Shown here piece by piece: positions 54,677 through 62,985 of a stretch of DNA of 64,000 bases. The position numbers and the translations under genes are program-made. This DNA comes from an uncultured Acidimicrobiaceae bacterium. Its GTDB lineage: Bacteria > Actinomycetota > Acidimicrobiia > Acidimicrobiales > RAAP-2. The notes under the pieces are model-generated. The model was not told where the DNA came from. It searched no databases and worked only from the letters and a program-made list of their open reading frames with translations. Location: positions 35,731-99,730 of the forward strand of contig CAWFQI010000005.1 in the NCBI GenBank assembly GCA_963817985.1. Direction: 5' to 3'. Every line of letters begins with the position of its first letter. The first letter of the stretch is position 1.

Positions 54677-55921
54677 ATGACGAGCGAGGAGACACCGGCT
54701 ACCCGGGGCCGCCCGCCCGGGCCCAGCCTGGCCGGGGAGGCGGTGGCCATCTTGGAGCGGAACGCCTTCGCCGCCATGCGGGGACCCAACAGCCGAGGTG
54801 CAGTGCCGCGCAGTGCGTTCCGTGACGTCGACGTCTCGACGGTGGACCGCTCCGTGAAGCGGGCCTTCCCCGACGAACGGGGGCGGACGCCGTTCGACCT
54901 CGCCGCCCACCATCTCTGCAGCATGGATGCCGGAACCGCCACCACGCTGCAGGCCGTCTTCGAGGCCGTCCAGCAGAGCTTCCGGGACGCCGACGAGATC
55001 GGGGAGACGCTCAGGGTCTTCCTGCGGGCCAACTTCGAGGAGGCCTGTAAGGAAAAAGGACTCTTGGGCACCATGATCGTGCAAACAGCCGCGTGCGCCT
55101 ACATCGAGTCACAACCGTCGGTCGCCGCCGATTCCGATCAGTTGCGAGCGGCCCATGAGGTGATCGCCATGCGTCAGCACCTGAGCGCACAGATGATCGA
55201 CTCCTACACGGCGGGGCTGACCACGGCACTCCGTCGGCTCCGCCGTCGCCCGAAGTCGGGCTGCACCATGCAGAGGATCGTCCTGGCCGTGATGGCCAAT
55301 GTCGATGGCTTTCTGCTCTTCCACAAACTCCAGGAAGATCTGGTGGACGCCGACCTCGTCGTCGAAACCCAGTGGAGCATCATCTGGGGCCTGACCGAAC
55401 CCGGCCTCCTCGATCCCCCCGACCGGTTCAACCCTCCCGAGCGAGATCTGGTCGAGGCGGCCCTCGCCGCCTTCGCCGAGCATCGGAAGCCCGGATTACA
55501 GGAGCTGGCGCGTGACTGTGGCGTCCCGATCGAGGACGCCCGAGAGCTCTTCCCCGACGACGACGTCCTGGCCCAACGGTGCATGGACTACGCGGTGGGG
55601 AGCTCGGTCGAGACCGAGGCCATCGCCGTCAACGTTCGAGGGGCCGAGCTGGCTGCCATCCGCGACCTGCTCATCGCCACGACCAAGCAGGCCTCAACGA
55701 CCCCTCTGCTGGTCGAACTCCTCCGCACCAACCGGGACGGTGGCTTCGTCGCCGAGGCGCGCCGCCACATCGCCGAGGCCCTCAGCCAGTCCGACGCCAC
55801 CAGCCTCGACCGGGCGACGGCGGACGGGGTGGCCCTGATGCTCGTGGATGCCGCCCTCCAGGGGCATGCAGGCCAGTCGGTGTGGGAGTCGGGGCTCAAC
55901 GCCTTCGCAATGCACGGCTGA
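54677..55921 (+). CDS. Hypothetical protein (414 aa), no recognisable domain
   Basis: ATG 54677 after GAGGAGG. Good GC3. All-helical by eye. The N-terminal RGRPPG is reminiscent of regulators, but no clear HTH is present. Confidence 0.6.
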   Translation: MTSEETPATRGRPPGPSLAGEAVAILERNAFAAMRGPNSRGAVPRSAFRDVDVSTVDRSVKRAFPDERGRTPFDLAAHHLCSMDAGTATTLQAVFEAVQQSFRDADEIGETLRVFLRANFEEACKEKGLLGTMIVQTAACAYIESQPSVAADSDQLRAAHEVIAMRQHLSAQMIDSYTAGLTTALRRLRRRPKSGCTMQRIVLAVMANVDGFLLFHKLQEDLVDADLVVETQWSIIWGLTEPGLLDPPDRFNPPERDLVEAALAAFAEHRKPGLQELARDCGVPIEDARELFPDDDVLAQRCMDYAVGSSVETEAIAVNVRGAELAAIRDLLIATTKQASTTPLLVELLRTNRDGGFVAEARRHIAEALSQSDATSLDRATADGVALMLVDAALQGHAGQSVWESGLNAFAMHG

Positions 55922-55962
55922 CGGGGACGCCCGTCGGTGGGGCGAACGTCGGTCGACTTCGC

Positions 55963-57561
55963 TCAGGCCTGCTCCGCCTCGGAGGCAGCGATGGCGTCGG
56001 CACGCTCACGAAGTTGGTTCTTGGCCACCTTGTCCAGGGTGGCCTTGGGGAACTCCTCGACCACATAGACGGCCCGGGGCACCTTGAAGTCGGCCAGATT
56101 GGCGGCACACTGCCCGATGATGGCCTTCTCCAGGCGGCTGTCGTCTTCGTCGGCCCCTGGTCCCTTGATGATGAAGGCCACCGGCACCTCGTTGAGCATG
56201 GGGTGGCTCTGGGCCACTACGGCCACGTCGGCCAGGCCGGGCACCTGGCGGCACACGTCCTCGACCTCTCGGGCCGAGACATTCTCGCCCCCCACCTTCA
56301 AGACGTCGCCGTCGCGGTCGCAGTAGACGAAGTTGCCGTCCTCGGTCAGCCGCACGATGTCACCGGTCTTGAACCAGCCGTCGGCCGTGAAGCTCTTGGC
56401 CATGGCCTCGGGGTTGTCGTAGTACTCGTAGAAGAGCTGGATGCCCCGGGTCCCGCGCACCCACAGCTCACCGGGCTGTCCATCCCGACACACCTCGCCG
56501 GTGTCACGGTCCACCAACAGCAGCTCGTAGCCCGGCGTGGGCCTCCCCATCGAGCCCTTGGGAACCATCCGTCCCGGGTTGTCATTGGTGGCGTGGATGA
56601 CCGTCTCGGTCATGCCGTAGGCGGGGACCACCCGGAAGCCGAGCCACTGTTCGAGCTCGGGCACGATGAGCCCGAACACACCGACTTTGACCGAGTGATC
56701 GGGGATGGGCTGGCCGGCCACGGCGTTGTAGACGAAGGGGATGAGGGAGAGGTGCGTGACCCGGTGGGTGGTCACCACCTCCCAGAACCGCGACGAGGAG
56801 AACTTGGGCTGGAGCACCACCGTTCCGCCGACGCCCAGCGTGGTCCAAAACGACCAGCTCTGGGCATTGACGTGGAAGAAGGGCAGGAAGACCAGATAGA
56901 TGTCGTCGTGTCCCATGGAGATGTTCGTCGGGCCCACCCGTCCGGCCCACAGGGCGTTGGCGTGCGTGTGGACGACCGCCTTGGGCTGGGAGGTGGTCCC
57001 TGAGGTGAAGAGGATGCCGACCGGTGCCATGGGGTCGGGGGTGCGGGCCACCAGATCCCCTTCGTTGCCCCGCAGCGAGTCGAACCGATCGGCCGTGGTC
57101 GGCGACGCAGCTGGCTCGCCGCTGTCGTCCTCGGTGACCACGGTCCAGCCCAGGTCGGGGCCCGACGCCTCGACCAGCGAGGCGTACTGGGGTTGGGTGA
57201 TCGCACCCACGCACCCGGTCTTGGCAATGAAGAACTCGAGCTCCGCCTGCACCGAGCGGGTGTTGGTGGTGACACCGACGGCGCCGATGGTCGCACACGC
57301 GTACCAGGCCAGCACCATCTCGGGGCAGTTGTCCGCATGGATGAGGACCTTGTCCCCGACCGAGACCCCCCTACCGGTCAGGCCCACGGCGATCTGGCGA
57401 ACCTCCAGCCAGAACTCGGCGTAGGTCCACTGACGGGTGCCGCCACTGCGGGGCTCCCAGATCAGGAAGGTCTTGTCGGGCTGGGTCTCGGCCCAGTAGG
57501 CCAGCAGCCACGGAATGTCCTGGCCGGCGAACTGGAATGCCGCGGCAGCTTGTTCGTCCAT
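55963..57561 (-). CDS. AMP-dependent acyl-CoA synthetase/ligase (adenylate-forming family)
   Basis: I placed the start at ATG 57561 after GAGGAGAG. Motifs ILFTSGTTSQPKAV, YGMTE, GWFKTGD and a C-terminal ...KVPR.... Confidence 0.85.
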   Translation of the reverse strand: MDEQAAAAFQFAGQDIPWLLAYWAETQPDKTFLIWEPRSGGTRQWTYAEFWLEVRQIAVGLTGRGVSVGDKVLIHADNCPEMVLAWYACATIGAVGVTTNTRSVQAELEFFIAKTGCVGAITQPQYASLVEASGPDLGWTVVTEDDSGEPAASPTTADRFDSLRGNEGDLVARTPDPMAPVGILFTSGTTSQPKAVVHTHANALWAGRVGPTNISMGHDDIYLVFLPFFHVNAQSWSFWTTLGVGGTVVLQPKFSSSRFWEVVTTHRVTHLSLIPFVYNAVAGQPIPDHSVKVGVFGLIVPELEQWLGFRVVPAYGMTETVIHATNDNPGRMVPKGSMGRPTPGYELLLVDRDTGEVCRDGQPGELWVRGTRGIQLFYEYYDNPEAMAKSFTADGWFKTGDIVRLTEDGNFVYCDRDGDVLKVGGENVSAREVEDVCRQVPGLADVAVVAQSHPMLNEVPVAFIIKGPGADEDDSRLEKAIIGQCAANLADFKVPRAVYVVEEFPKATLDKVAKNQLRERADAIAASEAEQA

Positions 57562-57776
57562 CGAATGCTCTCCTCTGCGGCCAGCGATCCCGAAACGCCC
57601 CCTCGGCGGTGCGTCATCTGGCCTGGGTACGTTCCTACCACCCCCCACCTGAGGCCACCAGGCCTGCTCGTGCCGGGTGACCTCACCACGTTCGCAACCG
57701 GGCGTTACCATCGGGAGAACACCGGGATCCGGTCCCCGACTCCGCAGACCCATCCCCTCGAACTGAAGGGACATCC

Positions 57777-58280
57777 ATGTTCCGCCACCTGCTCGTAGCC
57801 ATCGACGACACCCCATCCGCCCCGGTGGCCATCAGCTTCGCCACCGCCCTGGCCAGGGGAGACGAGGCGTCCGTGCACGTCATGCACGCCAACCGACTGG
57901 TGGTCGGCGGCCGGGGATTCACCGAGCTCACCGATCAGGCCGCCACCGCGCTGGTCGACACCGCCGTCCTCCAGCTACTCGAAGAGGGAGTCGGGGCCAC
58001 CGGGTCGGTGTGTCGGACCAGCAGCCTCACCATCGGCCAGGTCATCGCCGATGCCGCCTGGTCCCGGCACTGTGACGCCATCGTCCTCGGATCACACCGT
58101 CCGACCCGTCGGTCCCGCCTGGCCCACCCGTTCGGCCGCGGCACGCGTGAGCGGGTCATCCGGCGCTCCACCCTTCCCGTGCTCACCGCACCCGCACCGC
58201 TGCAGATGTCCGGGGGGCGCAGACGGCGAGGTGCGGTGGCTCGCTCCGAGGCTCTGTCGCGGACGAGCGGGGTCCGCTGA
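57777..58280 (+). CDS. Universal stress protein (single domain)
   Basis: MFRHLLVAIDDTPSA...IVLGSHRP...STLPVLT. Confidence 0.75.
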   Translation: MFRHLLVAIDDTPSAPVAISFATALARGDEASVHVMHANRLVVGGRGFTELTDQAATALVDTAVLQLLEEGVGATGSVCRTSSLTIGQVIADAAWSRHCDAIVLGSHRPTRRSRLAHPFGRGTRERVIRRSTLPVLTAPAPLQMSGGRRRRGAVARSEALSRTSGVR

Positions 58281-58374
58281 GCGACACGCCCGCCACCACC
58301 GGGCCGCGTGGCCTGGACACTCGTTCCGAGGGCACCCGTTGACGGTAGGGAACTGTCGTGTTACGACCCTGTCC

Positions 58375-59103
58375 ATGGAGGACAGGATCACCGCCGGGCT
58401 CTACCTCGAGATGACCGAGGGGCCGTTGGACGAGTACGTCGAAGGACGGGTCGACCACATCCTCGGCCGGTCGGGTGCTGAGCGGGCCACCTGGTGGCGC
58501 AACGTCAAACGCGACCGCGCCGACCTTCCCCGCACGCTGCCCGAGTTCGAATACCTGGCCGTCTACGAGGTGGGCGAGGACTTCAAGGCTCCCGCCGTGC
58601 CCGACGGGATCACTGGGCACCACTTCCGTCACTACCCCCGCCCCGGACAGGGGCGGATCAGCGGTCGACCCACCCTCGGCCTCTCCCTCGTCCTCATCTC
58701 GCCGACCGAGCCTCACCGGGCCCAGGAGCTCCGGGACTGGGGGGACTTCGTCCACATCCGGTACATCGTCGAGGCCAACGTGCCCGGCTACACCATGATC
58801 ACGCCGTACGAGAACGCCACCGGTGGCGACCCGCGCTTCCTCCACTTCTACGAGATGGACACCGATGAACCCGAGGCGGCGTTCCGCTCCATGACCCCTC
58901 TCGTGGAACAACTCCTCAACGACGGGGGCACGCCGATGGCCGACCTCCTCGACGCAGAAGACGACTCACGGGCCGAGCGGTTCGAGGCCGGATCGGGAGG
59001 CCTGACCGAGGCCTTCCGCACCTGGGGATTCCACCCAGCCCTCCGGATCGACTACGTGAACTCGTTCGTCCGGGCCGGCGAGCGAATCGGGCGACGGCCC
59101 TGA
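58375..59103 (+). CDS. Hypothetical protein (242 aa)
   Basis: I placed the start at ATG 58375 (MEDRITAGLYLEMTEG...). High GC3. No domain recognised. Confidence 0.55.
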   Translation: MEDRITAGLYLEMTEGPLDEYVEGRVDHILGRSGAERATWWRNVKRDRADLPRTLPEFEYLAVYEVGEDFKAPAVPDGITGHHFRHYPRPGQGRISGRPTLGLSLVLISPTEPHRAQELRDWGDFVHIRYIVEANVPGYTMITPYENATGGDPRFLHFYEMDTDEPEAAFRSMTPLVEQLLNDGGTPMADLLDAEDDSRAERFEAGSGGLTEAFRTWGFHPALRIDYVNSFVRAGERIGRRP

Positions 59104-59219
59104 CCCATGCCGGAACGCGGCGTCGGGCCCCGGCTACAGCATCTTTTGGCAGTTACTATGACGGTTGTGGCCCACAGAACCCCCGCCCACCTCCCCGCCG
59201 GTGCATCGGTGCGTCGACC

Positions 59220-60041
59220 GTGCAGCTAGTCACCCTGGGTACCGGCAGTCCGATCCCCGACGCCGCCCGGGCCGGTCCGGCCACGCTGGTGCGGGCCGGC
59301 GGGCGCGACTTCCTCTTCGACTGCGGGCGAGGCGTCCTGATGCGGGCGGCCGCGGCGGGAACGGGCCCGGCGATGTTCGCCGCGGTGCTCCTCACCCATC
59401 TGCACAGCGACCACACCACAGACCTCAACGACGTCATCACCATGCGGTGGGTCGCCTCACTCGAGCCCAACCCGCTCCCGCTGATAGGCCCCGACGGGAC
59501 CCGGGGACTGGCCGATCGGACCTTGGCCATGCTGTCCGACGACATCGGCTACCGGGTCTCCCACCACGACGACCTGAACTGGGAGCCGACCTGCTCGGTG
59601 ACCGAGGTCGGTGACGGGGTGGCCTATGACGACGGCACGGTCCGCATCACCGCCGCCCCCACCGACCACGCCCCCGTCCACCCGACGGTGGGCTACCGGA
59701 TCGAAGCGGAGGGAAAGGTGGTGGTGGTGGCGGGCGACACGGTGCCCTGCGAGGGCCTCGACCGCCTCTGTGCCGGCGCCGACGTCTATGTGCAGACCGT
59801 CATCCGCCGGTCCCTGATCGAGCCCATCCCCTTCGCCCGGCTCCAGGACATCCTCGACTACCACTCGTCCATCACCGATGCCGCCGCCACCGCGTCGCGG
59901 GCCGGCGTCGGCACGCTGGTGCTGACCCACCTGGTCCCCGCCCCCGCTCCGGGCTCGGAGCCGGAGTGGGCGGCCGAGGCGCGGGAGGGGTTCGACGGCA
60001 CGGTGGTCGTGGCCCACGATCTGTGGCAGCTCGACCTGTGA
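59220..60041 (+). CDS. MBL-fold metallo-hydrolase (RNase Z/ElaC-like)
   Basis: LLTHLHSDHTTDL (HxHxDH) and downstream His/Asp ligands. GTG start. Confidence 0.8.
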   Translation: MQLVTLGTGSPIPDAARAGPATLVRAGGRDFLFDCGRGVLMRAAAAGTGPAMFAAVLLTHLHSDHTTDLNDVITMRWVASLEPNPLPLIGPDGTRGLADRTLAMLSDDIGYRVSHHDDLNWEPTCSVTEVGDGVAYDDGTVRITAAPTDHAPVHPTVGYRIEAEGKVVVVAGDTVPCEGLDRLCAGADVYVQTVIRRSLIEPIPFARLQDILDYHSSITDAAATASRAGVGTLVLTHLVPAPAPGSEPEWAAEAREGFDGTVVVAHDLWQLDL

Positions 60042-60110
60042 CGTTCCGGCGGCGGGCCGGGCCTCCCGGTCAGCCGCCAGAGCGCCGGGTCCGGTCGTAG
60101 GATCGTTTCC

Positions 60111-60494
60111 ATGTCCGAAGCGCGTGACGCGGTCATCAGCGACATCCACCGGCTGATGGCGTCCGGCCAACTGTTGCGCGACCAGCTCGTAGAGAGTCGG
60201 AAGGGGTTCGAAAAGGGACTCGACCTGTTGGATCGCGACATGCCGCTCAGCCAGGCCCTGGCCGAACTCAACACCGCCGACCGCAGGGAGCGCATGACGG
60301 ACCTTCTGGCCGAGTTCGACGAGTGCCGCCATCGCCTCCGGATCTCCATCACGAAGGCCGGACTCGAAGAGGGCATGAGCATCGGCGACATCGGCCGGGC
60401 ATTCGGCGTGTCCCGTCAGCTCGCCGCCCGCTTCGCCAAAGAGGTACGCGACCAGACCGGGCCTGTCGACCCCCCCGCCCCTACGGCTCCGTAA
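60111..60494 (+). CDS. Hypothetical helix-turn-helix protein
   Basis: The C-terminal ...GMSIGDIGRAFGVSRQLAARFAKE... resembles a sigma-70 region 4 / HTH motif. Confidence 0.5.
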   Translation: MSEARDAVISDIHRLMASGQLLRDQLVESRKGFEKGLDLLDRDMPLSQALAELNTADRRERMTDLLAEFDECRHRLRISITKAGLEEGMSIGDIGRAFGVSRQLAARFAKEVRDQTGPVDPPAPTAP

Positions 60495-60831
60495 CCGTCC
60501 AGCCCCGGCGTCTCAGTTCGGCGGCCAGCTGTGCGCTGGTGATGGCGGCGAGCGGGGAACGAGGGGTCGGTCCGGTGACCGGCCTCCGAGCCACTCGTGG
60601 CCTCGGAGATGTCGCCGGCAGCTCGTCCCGGTCGGCTTCGGTCTCCTGGAGCCGACCGATGAAGGCCTCGGCCTCGTCCCGGGTGAACCTTCCCCCCGCC
60701 TGGCGCTGCGTGAACCCCATGGGGCCGCGGGCGTCCCGGAAGTCGACGTGCCCGGCATCGTGGAGGAGTTGGAGGAGCTCTTGGATCTGGCGGCCGGTGG
60801 CCGGTGGGCCCGTCTGCTGTCCGAACGCCAT
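60481..60831 (-). CDS. Hypothetical protein (116 aa)
   Basis: I placed the start at ATG 60831 (MAFGQQTGPPATGRQIQELLQLL...) after GGGAG. Its 3' end overlaps the convergent HTH gene by 14 nt. Confidence 0.45.
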   Translation of the reverse strand: MAFGQQTGPPATGRQIQELLQLLHDAGHVDFRDARGPMGFTQRQAGGRFTRDEAEAFIGRLQETEADRDELPATSPRPRVARRPVTGPTPRSPLAAITSAQLAAELRRRGWTVTEP

Positions 60832-60886
60832 GGTGCGAGTCTCCCTGATCCGGGCGTCCACGCCGACCATGCCGGCTCGGTACCCG

Positions 60887-61764
60887 TCAGGCCAGGTACT
60901 CGACCTCGCCCGTGGCGGTGATCTCGAACCGCTCGATGCCCGAGCTGACATGGGGATCGTCGGCCGCCATGGCCACGGCGATCTTCTGGCCGCTGTTGCG
61001 CATGACGTCCATCACCAGCTCCACCACCTGGTCGGGGGCGAACCACCGGTGCACCTGGTCGACCAGCGCGGGGCGAGGGAGCCCGGTCCGGTGATCACCG
61101 CGTCGGTCAGGCGCAGGGCGACTTTCTGCGCCTCGGCCAGATCGCTCGACTCGTAGCGCTCGGTGCTGTCGAAGAGGGCCTCGTCGGCCCCGCTCTCGAG
61201 GGCCCGGGCCGAACGCGTCGACTGGCACAGCCGGCAGTTGTGCTGACGGGCCCCTCGCAGCCGCACGAGCTCCGTGGTCACCGGGTCGAGGGCATCCAGG
61301 AGCGCCACCGATCGGGACAGCCGGTCGAAGCCGTCCAACACCGTCATGCCGGTCGCCGGTCCGGTCGCCGGGTCGCGGGCGGGGGCGAGACCCGATCCCA
61401 CCTCGGGGTACTCGGGGAAGAGGCGCTCGAGCACCATGGAGACTCTGCGCCCGAGGTCGAGGACGAACAGCGGGACGACGAGATCGAGCACCTGGGATGA
61501 CCCGACAGCCGTCGCCAACTCGGTGCGGAGGCGGTCATCGACGCCGGCCACATCGATCACGAACTGTTCGGTGAACCCCAGCACCGCCCGCTCCTCGTCG
61601 GAGAACAGCGAGGAGGTCGGCCACTGCCGGAGGTGAGCCCGGCGGGAGGCCCCGACTACCGGGGCGGCCCCGGTCGGGGCCCAGGACTCGGTGTCGTCCC
61701 CGAGGAGCTGGGCGATCCGCAGATCGACCAGCGCCAATCGATCGGCTGTGGGCATCGCCCACAC
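60887..61764 (-). pseudogene. Carboxymuconolactone decarboxylase (AhpD-like) family protein split by a frameshift near 61079-61092
   Basis: The N-terminal 230 aa, including the CRLCQS (CxxC) motif, are in one frame and end at 61012. The conserved C-terminus (...LPRPALVDQVHRWFAPDQVVELVMDVM...) continues in another frame to 60887. Confidence 0.7.
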
Positions 61765-61927
61765 CTCGGCCTGCAGTCCGACCCAGGTCCGACGCCCACC
61801 GGGGGAGCCAGGTAGCCCACGACGTCGGGTCCGGCCGTCGGGGAGGGCGTGGCGGCCGGTTCGGAGGGCACCGCGGGACCGTAACCCGGGACAGGTGACC
61901 GGTCAATGCCCGAGCAGGCGGGGCGCC

Positions 61928-62944
61928 CTAGAGGCGGACGATCACCTTGCCGGTGTTTCCCCCGCTGAACAGCAGGTTGAGGGCGTCACCGGCATGGTCG
62001 AGCCCGTCGACCACGTGCTCACGGTGGTGGATCTTGCCCTCCATCACCCAGCCGGCCATGCGCATCTGGGCCTCGGGGAACCGATCCAGGTAGTCGAGGA
62101 TCAAGAACCCCTCCATCCGGGCACGCTTCACGATGAGATTGAGATAGTTCCGGGGGCCGACCGGGCGGTCCTCGTTGTACTGGGAGATGGCTCCGCACAG
62201 CACCACGCGGGCCTTCATGGCCAGCTGGGCCAGGCACGTGTCGAGGATCGCTCCCCCGACGTTGTCGAAGTAGACGTCGATCCCGTCGGGACAGGCGGCC
62301 CGCAGGCGCGTACCCACGTCGTCGTCCCGGTAGTTGATGGCGTGGTCGAAGCCCAGCTCGTCGGTGAGCCAGGCGCACTTCTCCGCCGAGCCGGCGATGC
62401 CCACCACCGTGCCCGCCCCCTCGATGCGGGCCAGCTGGCCCACCACCGAACCGGTGGCACCGGCCGCACCCGACACCACGACGGTGTCACCGGGTTGGGG
62501 ACGCCCGATGTCGAGCAGCCCGAAGTAGGCGGTCATCCCGGTCACCCCGAGGACGCCGATGGCCACGGTCGGGTCGAGGCCTGCGGGCAGCACGGTCAGC
62601 GACGCGTCGCCCCCGTCGGCCAGGCTGTACTCCTGCCAGCCGAGCATGCCGAAGACGAGGTCACCGGGCTGGTAGCGATCGCTGCGGCTGGACACCACCT
62701 CGCCGACCCCGCCGCTGCGCACCACGTCGCCGATGGCGATGGGGGGAAGGTACCCGGGGGCATCGTCCATCCAGGTGCGGATGGTCGGGTCGATGGAGAG
62801 GTAGCGCGTCCGAACCAGGGCCTCCCCCTCCCCGGGCTCGGGCACCGGGGCCGAGTCGTCCAGGCGGAGGTTCCCCTCGTCGACCAGGCCCTGCGGCCGC
62901 GAGGTGAGGAGGATGCGTCGGTAGGTGTCGGTCACATCCGGCAT
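61928..62944 (-). CDS. NADP-dependent oxidoreductase, MDR superfamily (YncB/alkenal-reductase-like)
   Basis: ...LVRTRYLSIDPTIRTWM... and VVSGAAGATGSVVGQLA (AxxGxxG) are typical of the zinc-free MDR enone reductases. Confidence 0.8.
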   Translation of the reverse strand: MPDVTDTYRRILLTSRPQGLVDEGNLRLDDSAPVPEPGEGEALVRTRYLSIDPTIRTWMDDAPGYLPPIAIGDVVRSGGVGEVVSSRSDRYQPGDLVFGMLGWQEYSLADGGDASLTVLPAGLDPTVAIGVLGVTGMTAYFGLLDIGRPQPGDTVVVSGAAGATGSVVGQLARIEGAGTVVGIAGSAEKCAWLTDELGFDHAINYRDDDVGTRLRAACPDGIDVYFDNVGGAILDTCLAQLAMKARVVLCGAISQYNEDRPVGPRNYLNLIVKRARMEGFLILDYLDRFPEAQMRMAGWVMEGKIHHREHVVDGLDHAGDALNLLFSGGNTGKVIVRL

Positions 62945-62985
62945 TCAAGCAGAGGGAGGAGGACGGCGCCTCCTATGACCGATGG

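Noticed and set aside
55579-57003. 474-aa ORF on the plus strand
   Set aside because: It is antisense to the acyl-CoA ligase, which carries clear AMP-binding motifs. Its composition is low-complexity Gly/Arg/His-rich.
57724-57737. GGGATCCGGTCCCC upstream of the second USP gene as a further DosR-like box
   Set aside because: The half-sites are separated by 3 nt rather than 4 (a 13-bp core), and the central bases do not match the other boxes. It is probably a coincidence of GC-rich sequence.
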